This document shows, one piece after another, positions 28,791-38,374 of a DNA stretch of 64,000 nt. Under the pieces are notes generated by a model, which saw only the letters and a list, made by a program, of their open reading frames with translations, did no database searches and was not told the origin of the DNA. Position 1 is the first letter of the stretch. Each line of letters opens with the position of its first letter. This DNA comes from Thermoproteota archaeon (GTDB lineage Archaea; Korarchaeota; Korarchaeia; Korarchaeales; Korarchaeaceae), in assembly GCA_027491915.1 (NCBI GenBank), contig JAOZGC010000002.1, positions 288,001 to 352,000 on the forward strand, written 5' to 3'. The position numbers and the translations under genes were made by a program.

Positions 28791-30053
28791 TCAGAGATAC
28801 CTCTCGAGCTCCCAGTCGGTTATCTTCCCTAGGGTCTCCTCCCACCCCCCGGCCGACTCCAGATAGGCCCTCCATTCGGCCTCCTGCCGCGCGGCCATCT
28901 CCTCCACCAGCCCCTCACCCAGTACCGACCTGGCCAGCTGGCTCGACCTGAGCTCCCGGGCGGCCTCCGCCAAGTTGGGCGGCAGGGTCTCCATTTCCCC
29001 GCCACCCTCGTACACGTTGAACCCGCTCTCCTCCGGCGGCTCCAGCCCGAGCTCTATCCCCTCGAGCCCGGCCGCCAGGGAGACTGCGGCGACCAGGTAA
29101 GGGTTGCAGGAAGCGTCTGGCGCCCTGAACTCGATTCTGCTGACCTTCCCCCCGTAGAAGGGCACCCTGACGAGGGCGGAGCGGTTCGACCTACCCCACG
29201 ACACGTAGACGGGGGCCTCGTGCCCGGGCACCAGCCTCTTGTAGGAGTTCACAGTAGGCGCGGCGACCGCCGTGATCTCCCTGGCCCTCCTCAGGAGCCC
29301 CGCCAGGAAGGCACTCCCGACCGGAGACAGTTCCCTGCCCCTCCCCATGACCGCCTCACCGCTAGAGGCGTCTCTCAGGCTCAGGTGCATGTGCATCCCA
29401 CTCCCGTTTATTCCCGAGAAGGGTTTGGGCATGAACGTGGCCCTCAACCCGAGGTCTGCCGCGGAGAGCCTCATCTCCTCCCTCATCAGGGAGACCAGAT
29501 CGCAGGTCCTCACCGGGTCGCCCCCCTCTATCACCAGCTCGTACTGTCCCGGGGCCACCTCGTGGTGGTACTTGACGGGCCTGCCCCCGGCCTCCTCAAT
29601 AGCGGCCGCGGCCCTCTCTATGACGGCCGAGGCCTCCCTGGGCGGGACCGAGAAGTACCCCCCGCGGTCAGCGGGCCTAATCCTCTTACCCTCACCGTCG
29701 TCCCTCACCAGGAAGAACTCCGGCTCCACCCCAAGTACAGGCTCAAACCCCATCTCCTTGGCTTTCTTGACGACCTTTCCCAGTATCAACCTGGGATCGC
29801 TCTCGAAGGGGCCTTCCGGCCCGGCCGAGTTGGCGAACACTATCCCCGGGGGGGATCTCAGGGTCTCGGGATCTGGGATCAGGGTCATGTCGCTCCTCTC
29901 TATCTTGGCGAACCAGGGTATCGAAGACCCGTCGAAGCCGGGGCTCGGGAGGTCGCCGCCGTCCCACCTGACCTGCAGTGATCTGAGGCGCCCCAAGTGG
30001 TCCGGGAAGAGCACCCTCAGGAAACTCGGACCGCTCTCCGCGCGCTCCGGCAT
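28791..30053 (-). CDS. glnA: Glutamine synthetase type I
   Basis: FDGSSI, EPEFFL, HHEVAPGQYE, ATFMPKP..G.NGSGMH.H.S, NSYKRLVPG.EAP, NRSALVRVP, RIEFR.PD.S.NPYL. Confidence 0.92.
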   Translation of the reverse strand: MPERAESGPSFLRVLFPDHLGRLRSLQVRWDGGDLPSPGFDGSSIPWFAKIERSDMTLIPDPETLRSPPGIVFANSAGPEGPFESDPRLILGKVVKKAKEMGFEPVLGVEPEFFLVRDDGEGKRIRPADRGGYFSVPPREASAVIERAAAAIEEAGGRPVKYHHEVAPGQYELVIEGGDPVRTCDLVSLMREEMRLSAADLGLRATFMPKPFSGINGSGMHMHLSLRDASSGEAVMGRGRELSPVGSAFLAGLLRRAREITAVAAPTVNSYKRLVPGHEAPVYVSWGRSNRSALVRVPFYGGKVSRIEFRAPDASCNPYLVAAVSLAAGLEGIELGLEPPEESGFNVYEGGGEMETLPPNLAEAARELRSSQLARSVLGEGLVEEMAARQEAEWRAYLESAGGWEETLGKITDWELERYL

Positions 30054-30107
30054 GTAGCCCCAGTTTTTGGGGTCAAATTTATCATTTTCCCTCCAGGTGA
30101 AGAACAT

Positions 30108-30635
30108 ATGTCTAATTTTAAGGTGAGAAACGATACGATCGACCCAACGGAGGCGGCCGTCCTCAGGGCGCTGGCCAGATCCCCCAGGGCTTCCCTGAGG
30201 TCCCTGGCGGCCGCCGCGGGGGTCGCCGTGTCCACGGCGTCCAGGAAGATGGAGTCCCTCTCCTCACGCGGGATACTCAGGGGCTTCAGGGCGGTGATCG
30301 ACTGGGACATGCTCGGGTACGACCTCTTCGCCCTCATAGAGGTCACGGCCTCTCAGGGAAGGCTGACCGATTTGGAGAGGGAGATAGGGGAGGACCCGAG
30401 GGTCGTGGCCGTCTACGACGTGACCGGCGCCACTGACGTGATCGTGCTGGCCAGGTTCCCCTCCAGATCCGAGCTCAGCGATTTCGTAAAGGGGCTCCTA
30501 TCCGATCCGAGGGTGGAGAGGACGAACACCAGGATCATCCTCAACGTGGTGAAGGAGGACGACCGCGGGCTGGTGGATCTGATAGCCGGCGCCCCCCGCC
30601 GCGGTCGTTATATAGGCGCTAACAACAACGGCTAG
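30108..30635 (+). CDS. Lrp/AsnC family transcriptional regulator, divergent from glnA
   Basis: N-terminal HTH (D..E..VL..L....R.S...LA...GV...T), VYDVTG..D, V..T.T.I.L. Confidence 0.9.
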   Translation: MSNFKVRNDTIDPTEAAVLRALARSPRASLRSLAAAAGVAVSTASRKMESLSSRGILRGFRAVIDWDMLGYDLFALIEVTASQGRLTDLEREIGEDPRVVAVYDVTGATDVIVLARFPSRSELSDFVKGLLSDPRVERTNTRIILNVVKEDDRGLVDLIAGAPRRGRYIGANNNG

Positions 30636-30647
30636 CCGCGACCGGAC

Positions 30648-31103
30648 ATGCTGAGGTCGATCGTCGAGGAGGCCAACCTGACCAGGGGGGAGGCCCGGTA
30701 CCTGAGGGCCCTGGCCGGGGAGTGCGCCAAGTCAGGCCGCCCGGTCGGCCCCCGGAGGCTCTCCTCTGTAGTGACCGTCAGCCCACCAACCGCCCTAAAC
30801 ATGCTCAGGCGGCTCGAGGAGAAGGATCTAGTGGAGTACAGACCGGGAGAGGGGGCCGTGCTCACCGACAGGGGTTGGGAGGCAGTCATGGAGCTGGACT
30901 GGAGGCACGGCGTGCTCGAGACCCTCCTGTACAGGTTGGGCGTTTCTCTGGAGGAGGCGTGCGACGCCGCGAGCTCGGGGGAGCTCTGCATACCGGCCCG
31001 AGCCCTGGCCAAGGTGTGCGAGTACCTCGGCCACCCTCCCCGATGCCCCCACGGGGATCCCATACCGCACCCGCCCTGGGCGCCGGGGGGTGACTCAAGG
31101 TGA
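30648..31103 (+). CDS. DtxR/MntR-family metal-dependent regulator
   Basis: YL, VSPPT...ML.RL....LV.Y....G..LT..G, RH..LE, LG.P..CPHG.PIP. Confidence 0.88.
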   Translation: MLRSIVEEANLTRGEARYLRALAGECAKSGRPVGPRRLSSVVTVSPPTALNMLRRLEEKDLVEYRPGEGAVLTDRGWEAVMELDWRHGVLETLLYRLGVSLEEACDAASSGELCIPARALAKVCEYLGHPPRCPHGDPIPHPPWAPGGDSR

Positions 31104-32104
31104 GGTCGAGGGAGACCGCGCTGCTCCTGGCCGCCCTCGCGCTCTCCTGTTTCCCGGCGGCTGGGTTGAGCGCCTCCCCGCAGAGGCCCCTGGTCCTGGT
31201 CAGCGTGGAGCCGCTGGCGGCCATAGTCAGGGACGTGGCCGGAGACTTGGTGGACGTGGAGGTGGCTGTGCCCCCGGGTCAGGAGCCCCACTCCTTCCAG
31301 GCCACCCCAGATCTCGTCGACCTGGCTGGCAGGGCGTCGCTCTTCGTCACCGTCGCCCACCTGCCCGTGGAGGAGCAGCTGGCCGAGGTGGCCGACTGCC
31401 CAGTGATCGGCCTGGAAGACTACCGGGCCGAGGGGTTGAGGCTCCTCCAGATGCCGGGCGGGGAAGGAGAGGATATACACGGGTTCTGGCTCCTGCCGGA
31501 TAACGCCGTCGCCGTGGCCGCCGCCGTCTCCCGCTCCCTCGCGGAGATAGACCCGGAACACGCCTCCGAGTACGCCGCCGGATTGGAGAGATTCGGGGCC
31601 GAGGTGGGTGAGCTGAAATCAGAGATGGCCGAGCTATCTGCCTCCCTGAACCTGAGGGGCCAGGGGGTCTTGGTGTCCACCCCGGCCGAGGTCTACCTGG
31701 CCGCGGCCCTGGGGATGGTCCCGGCGTCCTCCATAGTCAGGGGCCCCAACGCCCTGATAGGTCCGGCGGAGGCGGCGGAGATCGGGTCGGCGATGGACAG
31801 GGGGGAAATAAGGTTCGTGATGGTCTCGGACGCGGTCATGGGGACCAAGGCAGCCGACTACGCCCTCCAGCTCTCCTCCGAGCACGGCGCCGCCCTCCTC
31901 AGGTCCTCGATCTTGAACGTCCCGGCCGGCGGCTACCTGGGATACATGGAGAGAAATCTGGGGATGATCGAGGGAAGCCTACGCTCGGGCTCTCCCGCCG
32001 CCGGATCGCGCGGACCTGGACTCGGGTGGGAGTGCGCCGCCTGGGTGGTCGCGGCGTCCGCCCTGGCGGTGGCGGCCGCGGGGGTGGCGATATGGAGGGC
32101 CTGA
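31100..32104 (+). CDS. Metal (Zn/Mn/Fe) ABC transporter substrate-binding protein
   Basis: Signal peptide, PPG.EPH.F, HG.WL.P.NA, L...DP..A..Y, C-terminal TM anchor. Confidence 0.85.
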   Translation: MRSRETALLLAALALSCFPAAGLSASPQRPLVLVSVEPLAAIVRDVAGDLVDVEVAVPPGQEPHSFQATPDLVDLAGRASLFVTVAHLPVEEQLAEVADCPVIGLEDYRAEGLRLLQMPGGEGEDIHGFWLLPDNAVAVAAAVSRSLAEIDPEHASEYAAGLERFGAEVGELKSEMAELSASLNLRGQGVLVSTPAEVYLAAALGMVPASSIVRGPNALIGPAEAAEIGSAMDRGEIRFVMVSDAVMGTKAADYALQLSSEHGAALLRSSILNVPAGGYLGYMERNLGMIEGSLRSGSPAAGSRGPGLGWECAAWVVAASALAVAAAGVAIWRA

Positions 32105-32880
32105 GCGCGGTGGAGCTGGAGGGGGTGTCCGTCGGGTACGACTCGTTCCCCGTGCTCGAGGGGGTGAGCATGGCGGTGCCCCACCCGTCCGTGGCGGTCG
32201 TCATGGGGCCCAACGGCTCCGGGAAGACCACCCTGCTGAGGACCCTCCTGGGCCTGCTCAGGCCGATGGAGGGCAGAGTCAGGGTCCTGGGGTTGGATCC
32301 CTCGGAGGACAGGATCGAGGTCAGGAGGATGGTGGGGTACGTCCCCCAGAGGGAGTCCATATCCGCGGAGATCCCACTCAGGGTGATGGACGTGGTCCTC
32401 ATGGGGAGGCTGGCCAGGAGGCGCCCGCCCAGGAGGGTCACCCCCGAGGACGTGGAGGCCGCGGAGCGGGCTCTGGAGGAGGTGGGGCTCCCGGACCTCG
32501 GAGACGCCGTCTTCAACGAGCTGTCCGGGGGTCAGAGGCAGAGGGTGCTCCTGGCCAGGGCCCTGGCCTCGGACCCGAAGCTCCTCCTCCTGGACGAGCC
32601 CCTATCGGCTACGGACGCGGCCAGCAGGGACGTGATCGCCGGGACTATAGCTAGGAAGAGGGGGGAGGGGGTGTCCTCAATAATAGTGACCCACGACGTC
32701 AACCCCCTGGCCGAGGTCACGGACTACCTCGCCCTGCTGAGCGGAGGGAGGCTGGTGGCCTTCGGCAGGGTCGCCGAGGTGCTGACCCCTCCCAACCTCT
32801 CCACGGTCTACGGGGGGAGGGTCCGGATCTTCAGGGAGGGCGGGCTCTGCTTCGCCATCGTCGGCGACAGGCACGGGTGA
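32092..32880 (+). CDS. Metal ABC transporter ATP-binding protein (ZnuC/TroB-like)
   Basis: GPNGSGKTT, GYVPQ, LSGGQRQRVLLARAL, LLLDEP, VTHD. Confidence 0.93.
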   Translation: MEGLSAVELEGVSVGYDSFPVLEGVSMAVPHPSVAVVMGPNGSGKTTLLRTLLGLLRPMEGRVRVLGLDPSEDRIEVRRMVGYVPQRESISAEIPLRVMDVVLMGRLARRRPPRRVTPEDVEAAERALEEVGLPDLGDAVFNELSGGQRQRVLLARALASDPKLLLLDEPLSATDAASRDVIAGTIARKRGEGVSSIIVTHDVNPLAEVTDYLALLSGGRLVAFGRVAEVLTPPNLSTVYGGRVRIFREGGLCFAIVGDRHG

Positions 32881-32884
32881 GAGC

Positions 32885-33700
32885 ATGCTCGATCAGGTCG
32901 CGCGGGCGGCGCTGGCCGCCGCCATGGTGTCCGTCAGCTCCGCCTTCGTGGGGCCCGGGGTCGTCTACAGGGGCCTCAGCTTCATGGTCAGCGGGGTGGC
33001 CCACGCCGCCCTGGCCGGGGCCGCCCTGGCCATGCTCGCCTCAACCCTGACCCCTCTCAGCTTGGACCCGGCCGTCGGAGCCGTGGCCGCGGGGATCGCC
33101 GTGGCCGCCCTGGTGTCCTGGGCCGGGGGAGGGGAAGGCAGGGCCGAGGAGATGGAGACGGCGGTGGGCGTCACCTTCGCCGGGGCCATGAGCCTGGCCG
33201 TGCTCACCTTCTACGTGATACCGTCCGAGAGGATCCCCGAGGTCTGGGGATACCTCCTCGGAGACATACTCCTCCTCTCCCCTCTGGACCTGATCGTGCT
33301 CTCCCTCACGACCGCCGCCTGCGCCGTCGGGAGCGCGGCCTTCTACCGGGAGTTCCTCTACGTGACTTTCGATCCGGAGGGGGCGGAGGCCCACGGCATG
33401 AGGCCCAGGGTGTACCAGTGGGTCCATCTCTCCCTGACGGCGCTGGCGGTCGCCGGGATGACCAAGGCCGTCGGCGCCATAATGGTCTACGCCCTGGTGG
33501 TGGCCCCCGCGGCCGCCGCGGCCAGGCTGTCCCGGGGCGTGAAGGGGACCATCCTCCTGACTTTCGCCCTGGCCGCCCTCGCCTCGGCCGCCGGCATGTT
33601 GGTGGGGTTCTGGGCCGACGTCTCCCCCAGCGCGGCCGCCGGGCTTGCCGCCTCCCTAATGTACGTGGCCTCCGTCCGGGCGGCCGGGGGGAGGGGTTAA
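32885..33700 (+). CDS. Metal ABC transporter permease (ZnuB/TroC-like)
   Basis: AHAALAG, YLLGDIL, FD.E.A...G, VGA..V.AL...P. Confidence 0.9.
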   Translation: MLDQVARAALAAAMVSVSSAFVGPGVVYRGLSFMVSGVAHAALAGAALAMLASTLTPLSLDPAVGAVAAGIAVAALVSWAGGGEGRAEEMETAVGVTFAGAMSLAVLTFYVIPSERIPEVWGYLLGDILLLSPLDLIVLSLTTAACAVGSAAFYREFLYVTFDPEGAEAHGMRPRVYQWVHLSLTALAVAGMTKAVGAIMVYALVVAPAAAAARLSRGVKGTILLTFALAALASAAGMLVGFWADVSPSAAAGLAASLMYVASVRAAGGRG

Positions 33701-33725
33701 TTTCGCGTCCGGCGGTCCCGACCCT

Positions 33726-34160
33726 ATGGACCTGCTGAGGATGAACTCCGCCTCCAGGATCATCAGGGAGTCCCGCAGGCTCCTCGTATACTCCTCCTGC
33801 CTGGATCTGGAGGCGCCCTGGGTAGCCGGGGAAGCGGCGCCCGGCGCGCCGGCGGCGTCGGTCTGCATGGAGGCCGAGCACCTGAACGTGGTGGCCCTGA
33901 AGATAGCCTCGATAATGGCCAGGGTGGACCTCGAGGAACTCTCCATCCTCACCGTCGACGGGAGCCCCCACTGCCTCCAGCTCCACCACGCGGCCGAGGA
34001 GGCCGCCAGGATCTCCGGGTTCTCGGGGAGGCTGAGGCACATGATCTTCAGGCGCGGCAAGGTGGAGGAGGTGTCTCGAGAGGCGGTCAAGGCGGCCAGG
34101 TACCTGTCCAAGGTGCAGAGGATGATGCCCACCGGGGGGACGGGGCCGCTCGACTTATAA
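33726..34160 (+). CDS. Conserved archaeal hypothetical protein, putative metal/Fe-S binding
   Basis: Spaced Cys/His motifs (SSC, CMEAEH, TVDGSPHC.QLH). Confidence 0.6.
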   Translation: MDLLRMNSASRIIRESRRLLVYSSCLDLEAPWVAGEAAPGAPAASVCMEAEHLNVVALKIASIMARVDLEELSILTVDGSPHCLQLHHAAEEAARISGFSGRLRHMIFRRGKVEEVSREAVKAARYLSKVQRMMPTGGTGPLDL

Positions 34161-34190
34161 CCCGGTCGGAGGCCGGGGCGAGGTGCGTCG

Positions 34191-35276
34191 ATGGAAATCG
34201 AGATCCGCAGGAAGATGGAGGCGCTGGCGGCCGCCGTCCTGCTGGCGGGCCCGGCGGCCGCGGCCGCGCAGCCCCTCCTTTTCAACCTGCCCCAGGGGGC
34301 CCACCTGACCTACTCCGTCGGCGCCGCCGGGACCTACGAGGTTAGGGCCGAGGGCCCCTCCAGCCACGCGGGCGGGGCGTGCAGATCCATGTGGTTCTCC
34401 TATGATCCCAACTCCTCAGTCTCCGGGGACGAGATAGAGGGGAGGGGGTGCTACAGGCAGGAAGACGGTCGCCCACTATACATAGAGCTCACGATACCGG
34501 GCGGCGTCCCGTACAACTCCCTCAGGGTCGAGTACTCCTGGAGCGGCGAGGAGCTGACCTCCATGATATTGATGGTCAACAGGACCGAGAACTCTTCCCA
34601 GATAGCGGTCGACGTGTCCTCGGGGGTGGCCGTCTACAAGTCCTTCTCCGGGGGATCGGTCGTCGATCAGGAGAACATGACTTTCGAGCCGGGGAGCCTC
34701 CCCGTGGGTATGTCAATACCTCCACTTCCCGGAGACCTGCCCTGGGTCCCGCCCGGACTCCACCTGGAGGAGATAGACCCCGGGGAGTCCGGAGACGTGT
34801 CCCTGGAGAATCCGGGCCTGCCGGGTAGGCTGATGCCCATCCACGTGGAGGCGGGCTCCGTCGAGGAGGTGACCGTCCCGGCCGGGGAATTCACCTGCTT
34901 TAGGGTGTCCCTCTCTCCCCAGGGGGTCAGCGCCGAGGAGCTGGGAACCCTGATGTGGGTCACCGAGCAGTCTCCCAGGATACCGGTGGCCCTGGAGCTC
35001 AGGATCTGGAACCAGAGCACCAGAATAGAACTGTTGAGCTGGGAGGGTCCTGGCAGGCCGTCAACCTCTCGCCCCCCGTCTTGGGCCGTTCCTGCGGCCG
35101 CCCTGGCCGCCGCGGCCGTCGCCGCGGCCGCCTACTTGTTGAGGAGGAGCCGGGGGACCGCGGAGGGACTTGAGACCCTCCCACCGGCAGAGCCCGGGTC
35201 CGAGGGGGAGCCCCGGACAGCCCCGGGCGAGTCGCCGCCTGACGGGTCAGAGGCCCCGGGATCGGAGGGAGGGTGA
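34191..35276 (+). CDS. Secreted beta-rich hypothetical protein with C-terminal membrane anchor (DUF3108-like segment)
   Basis: Signal-like N-terminus, E.VTVPAG.F.C.RV motif, W......IPV, TM followed by RRSR. Confidence 0.6.
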   Translation: MEIEIRRKMEALAAAVLLAGPAAAAAQPLLFNLPQGAHLTYSVGAAGTYEVRAEGPSSHAGGACRSMWFSYDPNSSVSGDEIEGRGCYRQEDGRPLYIELTIPGGVPYNSLRVEYSWSGEELTSMILMVNRTENSSQIAVDVSSGVAVYKSFSGGSVVDQENMTFEPGSLPVGMSIPPLPGDLPWVPPGLHLEEIDPGESGDVSLENPGLPGRLMPIHVEAGSVEEVTVPAGEFTCFRVSLSPQGVSAEELGTLMWVTEQSPRIPVALELRIWNQSTRIELLSWEGPGRPSTSRPPSWAVPAAALAAAAVAAAAYLLRRSRGTAEGLETLPPAEPGSEGEPRTAPGESPPDGSEAPGSEGG

Positions 35277-35293
35277 ACCCGCGGGGACCGGGA

Positions 35294-36127
35294 TCACCCC
35301 CGCCCCCGGGATCCCCCCACCCGGTGAGGCGACAGGACGCCCCTGGCCTCCCTCAGAACCCCCTCCGGGTCCCCCACGCCCATCTCCCTGAGACCACCGA
35401 CCCCCAGGGACACCACATCCACCACCGTGACCGCCCCGGCCGCGGCCAGCTCCGCCGCCTCCCCCCTGTCCAGGGTCCTGAGGACCGTCACGGGATAGAG
35501 CCCCGTGCCCTCCACCATCTCCCTGAGGCTGGGTCCCCCGCGGGACCGGCCCCAGGACGTGAGCCTCATCCCGGTGCACCCCGCGTACCTCTCGGCGGCC
35601 GCGGTCACCTTCGTGTTGGTGGCGAGCCAGGGCTCGTCGAACCGCCCCTCCAGGTCCTCGAACCTGGCCCGCGTGTACATCGCCACCTTGAGGTCCGTCT
35701 TTATCCCCGGGCGCTCGTGGTGCTTGCACTCCACCATGTATCTGACCCCGCCCCTCTCGGCCGACACGTCGACCTCCTGATCGACGCACCTCCCGGGCAG
35801 GACCATCCCCACCCCGGATATCCTGTACCCCAGGGCCCCGAGGAGCCTGGCGAAGTACCTCTCGAAGGGATAGCCGGTCGGGCCCAGCCTCATCAGGGCG
35901 GACTTCAGGTCGTACCTGGCGGCCAGGCCCGGCCTCTCCCCCTCCAGCATCTCGAGGGCCATCTCCAGTATCTCCCTGGTCTCTATCCCTGGATGGGCCC
36001 TCCGCTCCACCTCTCCGGCTATCCTGAGCGCGGTCTCCCTGTCGGCGCCTGCCCTGATCAGGGTCCTGGCCAGCTTCCCCCGATCGAACCTCTCCACGCT
36101 GCCGTCAGATTTCCTCACAGTCAGCAG
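35294..36127 (-). CDS. ATP-cone domain + Mrr-type restriction endonuclease protein; start probably CTG 36127 or GTG 36118
   Basis: V.K.DG..E.FD..KL...L..AGA (ATP cone); Y.LK.ALM.LGPTGYPFE; EVDV, MVECKHH, Y..ARF.DL, TNTK (PD-(D/E)XK). Confidence 0.85.
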   Translation of the reverse strand: MLTVRKSDGSVERFDRGKLARTLIRAGADRETALRIAGEVERRAHPGIETREILEMALEMLEGERPGLAARYDLKSALMRLGPTGYPFERYFARLLGALGYRISGVGMVLPGRCVDQEVDVSAERGGVRYMVECKHHERPGIKTDLKVAMYTRARFEDLEGRFDEPWLATNTKVTAAAERYAGCTGMRLTSWGRSRGGPSLREMVEGTGLYPVTVLRTLDRGEAAELAAAGAVTVVDVVSLGVGGLREMGVGDPEGVLREARGVLSPHRVGGSRGRG

Positions 36128-36160
36128 GGGAGACCACCATCGACCCGCCGGGGCGCGACG

Positions 36161-36168
36161 GTTTAAAC
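36161..36168. promoter_or_regulatory. Palindromic TATA-like box GTTTAAAC between divergent genes
   Basis: Only AT-rich element in the ~60 bp gap; reads identically on both strands; 22 nt before the ATG at 36191. Confidence 0.55.
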
Positions 36169-36190
36169 GATCCGCCGCCCCCCTAAGGGG

Positions 36191-37663
36191 ATGGATCTCT
36201 CCGTGGAGCTGGGCGCCTACGTGGACACGGGGGAGCCCTGCCTCCTCGAGGTCTCCGAGCTCGTGACCGGAAGGACGGCGGTGGTGGCCAAGACGGGGTA
36301 CGGGAAGTCGTGGACCATGAGGAGGGTGGCGGAGGGCCTCTTGGAGCTGGGCCTCCCGGTGGGCGTCATAGACCCCGAGGGGGAGCACGTGAGCCTGGCC
36401 GACTCCTACGACATGCTGGTCATATCGCCCGAGGGCGACCTGGACCTGGCGAGGGGGGGATCCCCGGAGAGGCTGGCGAGGGCCGCCCTGAGCGGGGTCA
36501 GCTTCGTCCTGGACCTGTCCGGGTACTCGGCCGATCCGAAGACCGCGGCAGAGGTGACCTCCAGCTTGCTCAGGTCCCTAATGGACCAGAGGGGAGAGGG
36601 GTTCCTGGTCATGATAGACGAGGCCAGGGAGCTGGCCCCCGAGAGGAACGCCAGGAGCATCCTCGGGAAGTACGCGTCCGAGACCGCGGTCTGGGTCAAC
36701 TCCCTGGCCACCAGGGGTAGGAAGAGGGGCATAGGCCTGCTGTTCACTACCCAGCGGCCGCAGCTGGTCTCGAAGACCCTACTGAGTCAGGCGGAGAACA
36801 AGATCCTACTCAGGGTGGAGTACAACGCGGACCTGAGCGTGATGGCCAGGTTCCTCGGGCTCGACAGGGAGCTGATGGGGAGGATCAGGAGACTCGAGAG
36901 GGGGGAGGCATACGTCGAGGGGCCCTTCGTCGGTAGGCCGGGCCTCGTCAAGGTCGGGGGCGTGAAGACGGCTCACCTCGGTACGACCCCGAGCGTCAAG
37001 CCCAGGCCGCCCCCGAGCCTGGCGGACGTGGTTGCCTACGTGACGGCCGGGCCGCCATCCCTCCCCTCAGAGTCGGAGGGGAGGGAGGTGGGGAAGGGCG
37101 GGGATGGTGGTAAAGGCGTAGGAGGGAGACGGTCGGGGAGGGTGATTCGGGACCGCGAGGCCGTCGGAACCCTTGATCTGAGGCTGGAGTCGGCCTGGAG
37201 CATGCCCAGCGAGAGGCTGACCTCGGGGGACCTGGAAGATCTGGTGAGGGCGAGGGACGAGGTGGAGAGGATGCTGGGGATGCTCGAGGAGTCCAAGGGG
37301 GAGATGCGGGCCGAGGTCTACGAGTTCCTCAGGGGCGAGTACGAGAGGTCCCTCGAGGAGCTGGAGAGGGCCATATCCCCGTACAGGAGGGAGGCCATCG
37401 TCTCGGAGCTCGTGCTGGAGGCCGCCCTGAAGGACAGGGAGATGAGGATCAGGTACCTGAGGGAGACCAGGTCGGGGATCATCGGGAGGATCAGGGCCTG
37501 GAGGGAGATCCGCAGGATGGAGGCCGAGATGGGGGATCTGTCCGACAGGCTGGCCAGGGTGAGGGAGATCCTGGCCCGCGTCGGCCGGCTCCCGCGGGGG
37601 GCGGCCGGGATGGATGGCGCCGGCGCCCGGGAGGGGACCGGCGCGGCCCGGGGGGGTCATTAG
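36191..37663 (+). CDS. HerA/FtsK-superfamily (DUF87) ATPase with C-terminal coiled coil
   Basis: AKTGYGKS Walker A, IDPEGEH, IDEARELAP Walker B, RGRKRGIG...TQRP, SQ; helical C-terminus. Confidence 0.88.
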   Translation: MDLSVELGAYVDTGEPCLLEVSELVTGRTAVVAKTGYGKSWTMRRVAEGLLELGLPVGVIDPEGEHVSLADSYDMLVISPEGDLDLARGGSPERLARAALSGVSFVLDLSGYSADPKTAAEVTSSLLRSLMDQRGEGFLVMIDEARELAPERNARSILGKYASETAVWVNSLATRGRKRGIGLLFTTQRPQLVSKTLLSQAENKILLRVEYNADLSVMARFLGLDRELMGRIRRLERGEAYVEGPFVGRPGLVKVGGVKTAHLGTTPSVKPRPPPSLADVVAYVTAGPPSLPSESEGREVGKGGDGGKGVGGRRSGRVIRDREAVGTLDLRLESAWSMPSERLTSGDLEDLVRARDEVERMLGMLEESKGEMRAEVYEFLRGEYERSLEELERAISPYRREAIVSELVLEAALKDREMRIRYLRETRSGIIGRIRAWREIRRMEAEMGDLSDRLARVREILARVGRLPRGAAGMDGAGAREGTGAARGGH

Positions 37664-37695
37664 GGTGGGGGGTAGGCCAGCCGCCCGGTCCCCCG

Positions 37696-38328
37696 TCAGA
37701 CGCCGGACACCCAACCGAGCACGGCCGACCTCAGCATCTCAGCCGCCATTCCGGCTATTATCAGGGCCATGAACCTGCCCAGGGCCCTCGTCCCGTTCCT
37801 GCCGAGCAGCACCACCATCCTCGTGGAGTACCTCAGCAGGACGTACGTGGCGGCCGCGGCCGCGGCGACGGCCGAGAGGAGGGCCGCCTCTCCCTGAACC
37901 CTCCCGCCGAGCTGGGTCTCCAGCGAGGTCGAGAGGACCACCACCGTGGTGATCGTCCCGGGGCCGACCAGCAGCGGGGTGGCCAGGGGAACCACGGCTA
38001 TGTCCTCCCTCTCCACCTCCCTGGTCCTGGCCACCCCCTTGAGCATGTCCAGGGCGAGCACCGTGAGGAGGATCCCCCCTCCGAACTCCAGGTCGGCCAC
38101 GCTCACCCCAACCAGGCCGAGGAACTCCTCGCCCACGAGGGCGAAGGCGCAGCTTATCGCCAGCACCGACGCGGCCGCCCTCCTGACCACCCTGACCCTC
38201 TCCCCCTCGGACATCCCTTCCGTCAGCTCCAGGAACGTCGGGACGACGCTGATCGGGTTCAATATGGCGAACAGCTGCACGGTCGAGGTGACCACGGCCC
38301 AGGCGAAGTCGGCAGGGGGTGTAGGCAT
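37696..38328 (-). CDS. MarC family membrane protein
   Basis: LFAILNP...VP.F, GGILL, VPLA.PLL.GPG.I. Confidence 0.92.
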   Translation of the reverse strand: MPTPPADFAWAVVTSTVQLFAILNPISVVPTFLELTEGMSEGERVRVVRRAAASVLAISCAFALVGEEFLGLVGVSVADLEFGGGILLTVLALDMLKGVARTREVEREDIAVVPLATPLLVGPGTITTVVVLSTSLETQLGGRVQGEAALLSAVAAAAAATYVLLRYSTRMVVLLGRNGTRALGRFMALIIAGMAAEMLRSAVLGWVSGV

Positions 38329-38374
38329 GGGGCCGCCGGGTCGCGGACCCGATATTTAACGGAATCGCCGGGCG

